Source of the DNA: an uncultured Lachnospiraceae bacterium
GTDB taxonomy: Bacteria; Bacillota; Clostridia; Lachnospirales; Lachnospiraceae
Reading direction: 5' to 3'
Assembly (NCBI GenBank): GCA_947565885.1
Contig: CANOHX010000001.1
Location: forward strand, 1 to 44,810
DNA: 44,810 bases
Shown one piece after another: positions 9,982 to 19,400 of this stretch. The position numbers were made by a program, and so were the translations under genes. The notes beneath the pieces were generated by a model. The model had not been told where the DNA came from. It saw nothing but the letters and a program-made list of their open reading frames with translations, and ran no database searches. The stretch's first letter is position 1. Each line of letters opens with the position of its first letter.

Positions 9982-10098
9982 GGGGTGTCCCCAAAGCCAT
10001 AGCACTCCAGACGCCCTATCGGAAAATGATTATATTTTTGGAAGGGATGATTTATTTTCCGATAGGAGTTTGGGGAGCTACGACTTTGGGGACACCCC
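9982..10098. mobile_element. 117-bp MITE-like element with long imperfect inverted repeats
   Basis: Perfect 15-bp terminal IR GGGGTGTCCCCAAAG/CTTTGGGGACACCCC extending imperfectly to about 46 bp (CCTATCGGAAAAT/ATTTTCCGATAGG). No coding capacity. May also act as a terminator. Confidence 0.5.
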
Positions 10099-10115
10099 AG
10101 TTTAATTATTTGATA

Positions 10116-13100
10116 TTAAATTTTGAAGTTCTTTGTCTTGGCTTTCTTCAAAAGCTTCTTGTAATATGCTTTCTTAGATTTCTTCACGGTAAACTTCGCA
10201 TTTTTCTTGATGCCCTTAAAGGCGTTCTTGCCAATGCTCTTGATTGCCGTGCCGCTGAACTTAATCTTCGCCAGCTTCTTATCTCCATCAAATGCACTTG
10301 CTCCGATGCTCTTTACGTTCTTGCCAATTGTAACGCTCTTGAGTTTCGCCTGTTTGCGGAACGCTTTCTTGCCGACTGACGTCACCTTGAAGGTCATTCC
10401 GTTATATTTTACCGTTGCCGGTACACTCAGGGTTGTAAGATTCTTCTTAGCTGCCCCGGTCACTGCCACCTCTTTGGCAGATGCGGTACATTTGGTAATC
10501 TTGTATTTCAGGTTCTTATTTGTAAAGGCTTTCGGCATGGTAAAGGTTGCTTTCTTATCAATATTCTTGAATGCATCCTTGCCGATGGTCTTCACAGCCG
10601 CTCCCTGGAACGTAATCTTCTTCAGTTTCTTGGCATTGAAGAATGCCTTAGCGCCAATTGTCGTAACGTTCTTGCCAATCGTCACGCTGGTAAGGCTCGC
10701 CTGGTTGGCAAATGCAGAGTCGCCAATTGCAGTTACCTTAAAGGTCTCTTTCCTGTATACTATCGTATCCGGTATCACAATGCTTGTAAGCTGTTTGCTT
10801 GCTCCAGTCACTGTGACGCTCTTATCGTTTGCGCTGTAAGCAGTTACCTTGTAGGTAAGCCCACTGTTTTCTGTGAAAGTCTGGTTCAGGCCCGGCTTTT
10901 CTTCTGTCGGCTGATTGCCGCCTGGCTGATTGCCGCCTGGCTGATTACCGCCTGGCTGATTACCACCCGGCTTCTCTGCCTCTGTAATGGCTGCGGTCAG
11001 TTTCGCCAATGCATCCTTAATCTGCTCGTCTGTTGACTCTGGATTGTCCAGTACTTTCTTTGCCTCTGCAATGGCTGCCTCAAGGGCTGTTTTCTTATCT
11101 CCGCTGAGTTTTGCAAGCAGTGCTTCCGCGTCTGCTATCTTATTGCTCAGCTGCTCTTTCGGCGTTTCAGCCGGCGGCTGTTCGCCTCCTGCTTCTTTAA
11201 TTGCATCATTCAGCTCATCCAATGCTGCCTTGATTTGATCGTCCGTTGAGTCTGGATTGTTCAGCACGCCCTCTGCCTTTGTAATGGCTGCCTCAAGCGC
11301 TGCTTTCTTATCTCCGCTGAGGTTTTCCAGCATTGCTTTCGCTGCATCTATCTTTTCGCTCAACTGCTCTTTCACTGGCTTTTCAACCGGCGGTGTGTCT
11401 GGCTTTCCTGCCTCTTCAATTGCTTCCTTCAGTTCTGTCAACGCTGTCTCGAATTCATCTTCCGTCGCGCCTGCCTTGTTCAGTACGCCCTCTGCCTTTG
11501 TAATGGCTGCCTGAAGCGCTGCCTTCTTATCTCCGCTGAGGTCATTCAGCATTGCTTTCGCTGCTGCAATCTTATCGCTCAGCTGTTCTTTTGCTGATTT
11601 GTATGCCTCTTGAATTGCCTCATTCAGTTTATCCATTGCTGACTTGACGTCATCATCGCTCGCGCTCGCATTGTTCAGCACAGCCTCTGCCTCATCAATT
11701 GCCGCCTGAAGGGCTGCTTTCTTACTTTCGCTGAGACCTGCCAGCATATCTTTGGCTATGCCCAGCCGTACGGTCAGTTCATCTTTCGGCGTAACCTGTG
11801 CTGCCTCATCAATTGCCGCTTTCAGTTCAGTGATTGCTGTCTGAACAGCCGTTTCCTCTGCGGTGGCATTGTTCAGGACGCCCTCCGCCTTTGTGATGGC
11901 TGCCTCAAGGGCTGTTTTCTTTGCAGCGCTGAGGTTTGCCAACATACCTTTGGCTATGGCAATCTGCGCCTGCAGCTCGTCTTTGGATGTCGTTGTTTCT
12001 GCATTCTCAATGGCAGTATTCAATTCGCCTAATGCTGTTGTAAAATCAGACTCCGTTGCATTCGCATCTTTCAGCACTGCCTCTGCTGCATCAATGGCTG
12101 CCTGAAGCGCTGCTCGCTTATCTGCACCCAGAGTTGCCAATACATCCTTGGCTGTGACAATTTTTGCCTCCAGTTCCTGCTTCTTGGTCTGAGGAGTTTC
12201 TGTCGGAACATTGCCGCCCTCTTCTGTGAACTGGAAGTAATCCACGTTCATGATGCTGTCATCTTTCAGCAGCTGTTTGGAAGAGTTGATGACTGCCTGT
12301 AACAGCGGTTTCTGTGCAGCAGGTAAAGTTGTAAGCTCTGCCAACTGCTCTGCATATTTAATCCTGTATTTTAATTTCTCTTTCAGCAGCTTATCCGTTT
12401 CCTTATACTGGTCTGCCGCGTCAATCGCTTCATTCAAGGTTACAATTGCTGCCTTAAGCTGTTCATCGGTAGCGCTGCCATTATTGGCAACTGCCTGCGC
12501 AGCGTTCACCTTGGCATCCAGGGCTGCTTTCTTGTCTCCTTCATTCCACGCAAAGCCGGAACTTACATTATGTGCCTTTGTAATCTGACGCTGCAGCTGC
12601 TCTTTTAACGGAAGGCTGGATTCTGCCGCCTTGACTGCCGTCCACAAATCTTTCAGCTGCTTCTGGTAAGTCTCTGTTGATGTAGTCGCACCTTCCTCTT
12701 TCTCATGGAATACGAGGAAAATATTCTGTGTGCCCGTAACTTTCTCGATATCGCCGGTTACCAGTTTATAAGTATGGTTGCTTCCGGTTGCTGGTACTTC
12801 GATTTCTCCAATCTTCTTGCCTTCCGGATAACCTACGCGCACTTCAATCTTGCCGCCCGATTTCGAGCCTGCAGCTACAGTAATCTTATCTGCGCCCTTA
12901 GTGCCAAACTCTAACTGGGATACAGAAGTCCAATCGCCCTCCTGAAGATCTGTCAATACCATGTTATAATCTTCAAATAAGTTGCCTGGCCGACCTGTTT
13001 CAGATGCTTTCACACCTGCGTTCCAAGCGATAGTCTCAGCTTCAATCCGCTCGTACGGATTCATGGTCGTCAGCTGCGGAATTCCCTCATAAGTACCCGC

Positions 13101-15728
13101 GATTTCCTTAATCTTACCATCCTTATCTAATGCAATCTCATCAATATGGGTAGAACGGTATCCGCGCTCCACGCCCAAAGCCTTTGATACGGTCTGTGCA
13201 TGGTAAATAAAGTAACTCTTACCATTAAATACAAATGTTGCATGGTGGTTGTTTCCGCCTACGCCAAACCATACCTGCGGATTGGAGAAAATCTCGCCTT
13301 TCCCTTTCTCATAAGTAAACGGTCCCATCGGATTCTTGGACGTCATATAGCAGATGGTTCCTGTTCCTGGATATCCCTGTACTGTGGTATTTGTAAAGTT
13401 CGAGCAATAGGAGTAATAATAGGTATCGCCAAACTTAAAGATGCCGCTGTCCTCAAACATACACGGAGCGTCAATTTCCTTCGCCTCTCCCTCAATGCTT
13501 GTCATATCAGCGCTCAATTTGGCAACCCTCGCCGTCTTAGGATTATCGTGCTGACCTTCCGGAACGCCTCCGCCGAAATAGATGTATGCATTGCCATCGT
13601 CGTCCACAAGCACTGCTGGGTCAAAGCACCATACCACGCCCTCACATCCAGGCGTTCTGCCTGTAATCATTGCTTTGCCATTCGGGTTTTGTGCATCTAC
13701 CGTCGGGTCTGTCCACGGTCCTAACGGAGTATCCGCTGTGAGGACGCCGATGCCGGAGGCATCGTTTGCAAAGTAGAGGAAGAATTTCTCTTTGCCATTT
13801 ATTTCCTTATGCGCAATTGCCGGCGCCCAGGAATGGCTTGCCCACTTAGCCGCGCCATCTTTGCCCGCCACTTTAATCTCACCGTGGTCTGTCCAGTTCA
13901 TCAAATCTGCGGAAGATACCACCCTCAGGCTGGTAATGTAACCAAAGTTATTGGAAAATGGGTTATCCTTATCGGAGAACTCATAATCGTCTGCCGTCAT
14001 ATATACATATACCCTGCCATTGTATTCAATCGCATAGGGGTCAGCCCCAAATTCATTGGTAGTAATCGGGTTTCCATAACCGAACTTCTTTGCCAAGGTC
14101 TGCGTATCATCCTTGTATTTCAAGATTGTCACATCGTCTACATAAAAGTCTGCTACATCAGCGGCATCACCAGCAGTTACTACTGCAGGAGTCTCCACCG
14201 TTAAGATATTGGAAGCGCCGCTCATATCATACGGCATGCCCCAATCTCCCTCAATCTTAGTCCATTCGCCTTTTTTCGCTTTCCCTGTTGCCAGCACAGC
14301 GCTTTCTTTTCCACTGTGCAGCATCACATTGAAAGTTCTCTCTGCCGGAGCGTTGTTTTCATCTTTATATTTTATCCAGGCAGAAACCGTATAATAGCTG
14401 CCCGGTGTCAGCTTTTTACCCATCTCCTGTGCCGGACCGTTCGTGTTTTTTGCACGGTTTGACACTTTCACGCTCTTGCTGCCGGAATGAGCCTCCTCGG
14501 TTACTGCTGTAAGGATACCATCTTTCTCATATCCCGTCCACTTCTCCAAGTCCTTTTCAAAAGAACCGTTCCTGACGATATTCTCGGAAGGCATTGTCAG
14601 GGACACGTCATCAAGGTAGAATACTGACGGTGCACCTGCCTCCACCGTCTTGCCCCAGCTCCAATACACTTCCATTACATCCGTATTGGGATCATAATCT
14701 GCCAGCGTAATCTCGCCGGTAATTTTCGTCCATTTAGTGCTGTCTACTTCTACAGCCTTGCAAAATCCAAGGTAGGAAGCTTGGGTCGCCCCTTTTTCCT
14801 TACCCTTAATGGTTGCTGACAGGCTGCCGCTGCCGCTTTCCGTCTTCGCCCAGGCAGTCAAGGTATACTTCTTGCCGCCTACCAGTTTTCCTGCCTCCAG
14901 CAGGTCGAACAGTTCATATTTTGCTCCTTCCCAATTCTCCGTATAGTCTGACACTTTGAGGCTGGCATTTCCCTCATGGGCTACATTTTCCACACGTGCA
15001 ACATGGGTCTTGCCCATTCCTGCCCAGTTCTTATCAATCGGTACATTTTCAAAAGAACCATTGGAGAGCAGGCTCTCTGCTTCCGGCTCTTCCGGCTTCT
15101 CCGGTTCCTGACCAGGGATTCCCATATAGGTGATGGAAATGTCGTCTATGTAAAAGTCCTCCATATTATTATCTAATGTCTCAATAAAGAAACAGTTCTC
15201 TGTCGTGCTAAACTCAAATACCTCACCCTTATCATTCGTTACATCATCCGGCACATAGTCATCTAACGTAAAGGTTCCCCATGTCCCCTTTTGCACCTCA
15301 AGCTCTTTGCCCCAAAATGCATAACGATACTGCCAGCCGGGACCGTTTTGGAAGACCATCCTGTACTTCTGAGAACTCTTTTCTCCGTCATACTTAATCT
15401 TTCCCGTAATCTTATAATGCGTACCTTTCGCCAACTTACCGTTAAGGATACATGCTGCCGAATCTTCCGTCTGGTTTCTCCCTGACACTTTCAAGACGGG
15501 TCCGTCGTCCATAGTTACTACTTCAATTTGAGCCCCAGAAAATCCTTCCCATCCTGTAGTCCCATTACTGAAGTCTCCATTCTCCACAATCTCTATCGGC
15601 ACTTCCTGCTGGTCATCCGCCGCTTTAGCGGCTGCCTGTGTGTCGACTGGGAGCATGGTCAGTGACATTGCCGCTGCTAAGACCACGGCAAGCACTCGCT
15701 TCCATTTGTTTCTCACTGCTTTCCTCAC
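10116..15728 (-). CDS. secreted multimodular GH43 enzyme (arabinoxylan arabinofuranohydrolase/XynD-like): 3x CBM4/9/22-like, GH43, CBM6, helical FIVAR-like repeats, BspA-type LRR tail
   Basis: GTG start after AAGGAG and a signal peptide. Three NG(D/S)F..W...FY(I/L/V)DD modules, GH43 ADP/WAP/FDP/FED/NNHH motifs, NPYERIEAET CBM6 start, about 7 helical repeats, and VTIGKNV..IG..AF LRRs. Confidence 0.88.
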   Translation of the reverse strand: MRKAVRNKWKRVLAVVLAAAMSLTMLPVDTQAAAKAADDQQEVPIEIVENGDFSNGTTGWEGFSGAQIEVVTMDDGPVLKVSGRNQTEDSAACILNGKLAKGTHYKITGKIKYDGEKSSQKYRMVFQNGPGWQYRYAFWGKELEVQKGTWGTFTLDDYVPDDVTNDKGEVFEFSTTENCFFIETLDNNMEDFYIDDISITYMGIPGQEPEKPEEPEAESLLSNGSFENVPIDKNWAGMGKTHVARVENVAHEGNASLKVSDYTENWEGAKYELFDLLEAGKLVGGKKYTLTAWAKTESGSGSLSATIKGKEKGATQASYLGFCKAVEVDSTKWTKITGEITLADYDPNTDVMEVYWSWGKTVEAGAPSVFYLDDVSLTMPSENIVRNGSFEKDLEKWTGYEKDGILTAVTEEAHSGSKSVKVSNRAKNTNGPAQEMGKKLTPGSYYTVSAWIKYKDENNAPAERTFNVMLHSGKESAVLATGKAKKGEWTKIEGDWGMPYDMSGASNILTVETPAVVTAGDAADVADFYVDDVTILKYKDDTQTLAKKFGYGNPITTNEFGADPYAIEYNGRVYVYMTADDYEFSDKDNPFSNNFGYITSLRVVSSADLMNWTDHGEIKVAGKDGAAKWASHSWAPAIAHKEINGKEKFFLYFANDASGIGVLTADTPLGPWTDPTVDAQNPNGKAMITGRTPGCEGVVWCFDPAVLVDDDGNAYIYFGGGVPEGQHDNPKTARVAKLSADMTSIEGEAKEIDAPCMFEDSGIFKFGDTYYYSYCSNFTNTTVQGYPGTGTICYMTSKNPMGPFTYEKGKGEIFSNPQVWFGVGGNNHHATFVFNGKSYFIYHAQTVSKALGVERGYRSTHIDEIALDKDGKIKEIAGTYEGIPQLTTMNPYERIEAETIAWNAGVKASETGRPGNLFEDYNMVLTDLQEGDWTSVSQLEFGTKGADKITVAAGSKSGGKIEVRVGYPEGKKIGEIEVPATGSNHTYKLVTGDIEKVTGTQNIFLVFHEKEEGATTSTETYQKQLKDLWTAVKAAESSLPLKEQLQRQITKAHNVSSGFAWNEGDKKAALDAKVNAAQAVANNGSATDEQLKAAIVTLNEAIDAADQYKETDKLLKEKLKYRIKYAEQLAELTTLPAAQKPLLQAVINSSKQLLKDDSIMNVDYFQFTEEGGNVPTETPQTKKQELEAKIVTAKDVLATLGADKRAALQAAIDAAEAVLKDANATESDFTTALGELNTAIENAETTTSKDELQAQIAIAKGMLANLSAAKKTALEAAITKAEGVLNNATAEETAVQTAITELKAAIDEAAQVTPKDELTVRLGIAKDMLAGLSESKKAALQAAIDEAEAVLNNASASDDDVKSAMDKLNEAIQEAYKSAKEQLSDKIAAAKAMLNDLSGDKKAALQAAITKAEGVLNKAGATEDEFETALTELKEAIEEAGKPDTPPVEKPVKEQLSEKIDAAKAMLENLSGDKKAALEAAITKAEGVLNNPDSTDDQIKAALDELNDAIKEAGGEQPPAETPKEQLSNKIADAEALLAKLSGDKKTALEAAIAEAKKVLDNPESTDEQIKDALAKLTAAITEAEKPGGNQPGGNQPGGNQPGGNQPTEEKPGLNQTFTENSGLTYKVTAYSANDKSVTVTGASKQLTSIVIPDTIVYRKETFKVTAIGDSAFANQASLTSVTIGKNVTTIGAKAFFNAKKLKKITFQGAAVKTIGKDAFKNIDKKATFTMPKAFTNKNLKYKITKCTASAKEVAVTGAAKKNLTTLSVPATVKYNGMTFKVTSVGKKAFRKQAKLKSVTIGKNVKSIGASAFDGDKKLAKIKFSGTAIKSIGKNAFKGIKKNAKFTVKKSKKAYYKKLLKKAKTKNFKI
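10908..10967 (-). repeat. 15-bp coding tandem repeat, (GGNQP)x4 linker
   Basis: Four (T/C)GGCTGATT(G/A)CC(G/A)CC units. Confidence 0.9.
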
Positions 15729-15840
15729 ATTTTTCTCCTTTCTCTTGGGAGAAGGATTGTAACAATTCCACAATGAAACGGCTTCAATCCTTCCTGGTTT
15801 TTATAGATATGGTATAACTTTATCATTAATATATTATTTT

Positions 15841-15860
15841 TTCATCCCCACAAACTATAG
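15841..15860. promoter_or_regulatory. 20-bp motif shared upstream of both large glycoside hydrolase genes (copy 1)
   Basis: TTCATCCCCACAAACTATAG, 18/20 identical to 21808-21827. Confidence 0.55.
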
Positions 15861-15964
15861 AAATTGCACAAGAACAAGCCTGATATATTTAGTTTTTTAC
15901 ATTTTTTTAGGTCAGACGTTATCAGGCATTGGCACAAATTGACCTTTCTTATCAGATAAAAAAG

Positions 15965-16146
15965 AACAAAGTGGGCAAGCCCACTTCAACTCCCTAAATC
16001 CCTCATTCATGAGGGACTTGGACGCTTTGCTGCGCCGAGTGCAGTCGCTTTAGCGACATCTTCCTCTCGCACGAGTGCGCATAATTATTTTTATCTTATA
16101 GGAAAGATACTTTCACGCTTTAGCGTGACAAGGTCTTTCCTATAAG
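15965..16146. repeat. multi-hairpin intergenic element, copy 2
   Basis: AACAAAGTG..CGCTTTG, TGCGCCGAGTGCAGTCGCTTTAGCGAC..GCACGAGTGCGCAT and CTTATAGGAAAGA..TCACGCTTTAGCGTGA..TCTTTCCTATAAG. Same order and orientation as 2224-2397. Confidence 0.7.
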
Positions 16147-16147
16147 T

Positions 16148-16178
16148 TAAGAAAGCACCGGGATTTCCCCGATGCTTT
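16148..16178 (-). terminator. intrinsic terminator of the 40-aa ORF (and possibly of the GH127/146 gene)
   Basis: Minus strand AAAGCATCGGGG-AAAT-CCCGGTGCTTTCTT. Confidence 0.6.
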
Positions 16179-16207
16179 ACTATAAAATATATCATTCTAT
16201 TAAATTT

Positions 16208-16330
16208 CTATGTCTCCTGCTCTTTTGGGTCGTGAGTTTCTACATATTCAATAATCGCTAATATCTCATCACTACCCATCCCCTTTTCTTTCAGTTTACG
16301 AATAAGATTGACAATTGCTTTACCGGTCAT
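16208..16330 (-). CDS. 40-aa hypothetical small protein (not in the ORF track)
   Basis: RBS AGGTGA, then MTGKAIVNLIRKLKEKGMGSDEILAIIEYVETHDPKEQET*. It has its own promoter and terminator. Confidence 0.65.
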   Translation of the reverse strand: MTGKAIVNLIRKLKEKGMGSDEILAIIEYVETHDPKEQET

Positions 16331-16371
16331 ATAATCACCTGCTTTCTGCAAACCATTTATAAGGTGATTTC

Positions 16372-16400
16372 ATTTTACCAATAAGATATTTTGGTGTAAA
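16372..16400 (-). promoter_or_regulatory. sigma-A promoter of the 40-aa ORF
   Basis: Minus strand TTTACA-17 nt-TAAAAT with an extended TG. Confidence 0.65.
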
Positions 16401-16404
16401 TCCT

Positions 16405-19400
16405 TTATTTCGTAATCTTCACGCTCTTCTTCTGCCCTTTATTCTTCAGCAGCTTCTTGTATGCCTTCAGTTTCTTGGCTGGCACTTTAATCTTTGCCTT
16501 TTTGTTGATTCCTGAGAACGCCTTGGCTCCTACCTTTTTCAGCTTGGCGCTCTTGATGGTAATCGTTTTCAGGCTTCCGTCGCCGAAGAACGCCTTTTTG
16601 CCGATGCTGGTAAGATTCTTGCTGCTGATTTTCACGCTCTTTAAATTCTTACACCCTGCAAACGCATTTGCGCCAATCGTTTTCACGTTTGCGCCTACCG
16701 TAGCAGAAGTGGCTTTCTTGCAGTTTTTGAATGCCGAAGCGCCGACGTCCGTAATCTTGAAGGTAATATTTCCAATCTTGACGGTATTTCCTACTTTAAT
16801 CTTCTTACTGTTCTTATTGGTGATGCCAACGACTGTAACGGTCTTCTTGTTTACGTCAGTCACTTTGTAGGAATAACCTGATACCCCATATACCTTGCCC
16901 TTTACAGCAGCATTGTCCGCCTGGACTTGCAATTGCTGGTAACTTGCCTCCGCTGCGGTCAGCAGGTTATAATTGTTTACCAACGCTTTCTGGGCAGCGG
17001 TCAATGCATTGTATGCAGCCCTTGCCTGGTCAATCAAAGACTTGCTCTGCGCGGTATAAGCTACCTTGCCTATCGCCGCAATCTTGTCAATGACTGCCTG
17101 GGCGGCTTTCTTGTCTGCTTCCTGCTGGTTCTTATCGTCTCCTGGCTGATTATCATCAGGATTGCCTCCGATAGTACCCCCATCTTCCAAAGTCTTATAG
17201 TCAGCTTCTGCTTTCGTAAGTATCTCCACATTGGTAACCAGTTTCTTCTGGTCTTCACTCAATAGTTCATACATTGTCAGCGCCGCATTGATTTTGGCTT
17301 TGCACTCCGGCGTAAGCTCTACCTTGCCAATCGCTGCAATCTTATCTATCACCGCTTTTACAAGGTCTGCATCACCCTCATCTGCCGACTGTACTTTTTT
17401 CATGGAGAAATCGTCAATGAAGAAAATAACCAACTCGTCATTGGTAGGATTTTCCTTATATTCGGTCTCTACCAGAATGCTGACCTTGCTCACATCAGCA
17501 CCCTTGGGAACTGTATAATCTCCACAGAGGTTGCCCCAGTCATTTAATTTTACTTTCTTAGAAACCATGACCTCCTTCGTCTCATCTGTTCCATATAAGA
17601 TGGAAACGTTAAAGCCTACTTCCTGCGGAGGATTCGGGTTTTGATTTTCGCCATTCTTAAATACAACCCAGCCGTCAATCGTGTAGGTATCGCCGGCTTT
17701 GACCTTGCCGCTGATGTCCTGCGCTGCTCCTGCGGAAGTACTCTTGCGGTTCTCCACTTTCAGGGAACGCGCTGCTTCATGGAATGTAGACCATCCTTCT
17801 CCTAAAGTTGCCTCACCGTAAGGAACCCACTTATTTCCCTTATTTCCTTCATCGAAAGTTCCGTTTTCAATAATCTCTTCCCCGGAACCCAATCCATCTG
17901 CACGAACCAGATTCAAAAGATACGCCTTGGATGTGGTGTGGTCCTGTGCATATACTTTCATGGGCAGGATTGTCGTTCCTTCTGCAAGGTTGAATACCTG
18001 CGGCTTTGCTTCATTTACCAGCTTCCCATCAATGTAGAGAAGCCCACTGCTGGTTGCCAGCTTGAAGTTCAGCGTCACACGTTCTGTGGTCGATGGTACC
18101 TGGACGGTATAGCCGTTCGATGTAGTCTTGACTTTGCCCGCCGATGCGGTCAATTCTTTAAGCTGCGCGTCCGTATCGTATGCGCGCATCAGGTAAAGGC
18201 CGTTGACAATGCGGGCGCTGTCTTCCGTGGCGCTGCCGCTCTCAAATTTTACTTTGACAATATCAAACGTATCACTGCCGACTACCAGAGATTCTGCAGC
18301 AGCAACTTCGCTTGCAGGAATCTCGAACAATTTCTTAAAGAACAAATCTGCTCCCTCATATTTCTCTACCGTGTAATTGAAAACGGTGGAGCCAATTGTA
18401 ATCTTGATGGTCTTTCCTTCGTCTTCCTTGGCGAACTGGCATACCAGGGAGTTGGTTTTGTTTTTGTCTACCTTCATATTATACTGGAAATATCCGCCGG
18501 CCTGCGCCCTGCGCGTACTTCCCAGTCCGCTGACGCCAGTCTCAAATACGGTCTTATCTTCTTTCATCTGGTGGGTGGCGTCATTCTCATACTGCTGGTA
18601 ACCTGGCTGAACGGAATCAATAATGGATTCTGCAAACCTTCCTTCTTCTTTCTCCGCCAGAATCTTCTCCTCAGAAGCATCCTCTGCGCTTTCAAAATAC
18701 CAATAGATGCCGTAACGTTCCTCATTCAGCGTATTGAACGGCACAAATGTCAGCCCTTCCCCGCCAAATACAGATTCCGCATCTGTTCCGCGGATATGGA
18801 ATTCCAGCTTCCCATCGGTCTTTTCCAACTTAGAGTTAATATTATTCATGAATTCTTTGGTGCTGTCTTTGCCCTGAATGGCAATGGTCTCCGTGCCAAG
18901 AACCTGTTTGATGGTCTTGCCGTATGTCAGTTCCAGGCGCACTTTTTCTCCGCCTACTACCTTGTACGCCGGTGCGCTGAGGTTCGCTCCTGCCCACACG
19001 GTATCATCCCACTCTTCCGTTCCCAGTTTGGCTGCCAGAACGGTCGGGCCATACTTAAATGCATACACGGAAGAATTATCCGGCAATCCGAATGCCTTTA
19101 CTTCCATGGGATAAGTGATTTCCACTTTATCATTATTATTCCATGTCCTGTCAATGATAACATACTGTTCTTCTATATTATCTTCTGCTGCCTCCCCATT
19201 CACCTTAACGGTGACATCGCCGGCTGCCCAGTCCGGAACGCGCAGTCTCAGCTCTGCCTGTACCGGCTGCGCATCATTTAACAGATTTACCGTGAACTCT
19301 GCCTTGTCGCTCGCGGTCACATCGCTGTTCTGCGTCAGTTTGATATTCTTTTCTTCCCATATAACCTCGGAAGCCACATACTGATTGACTGTCAGGGAAT

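Noticed and set aside
15772-15788. cre/LacI operator upstream of the GH43 gene (TGAAACGGCTTCA)
   Set aside because: It is one base short of the 14-bp cre spacing and imperfect, so it cannot be supported.
17938-19281. 447-aa plus-strand ORF and other long antisense ORFs (e.g. 31628..32599, 25917..26639, 7476..8162, 2815..3483, 36853..37434)
   Set aside because: These are shadows of well-supported genes on the opposite strand and have no recognisable motifs or RBS.
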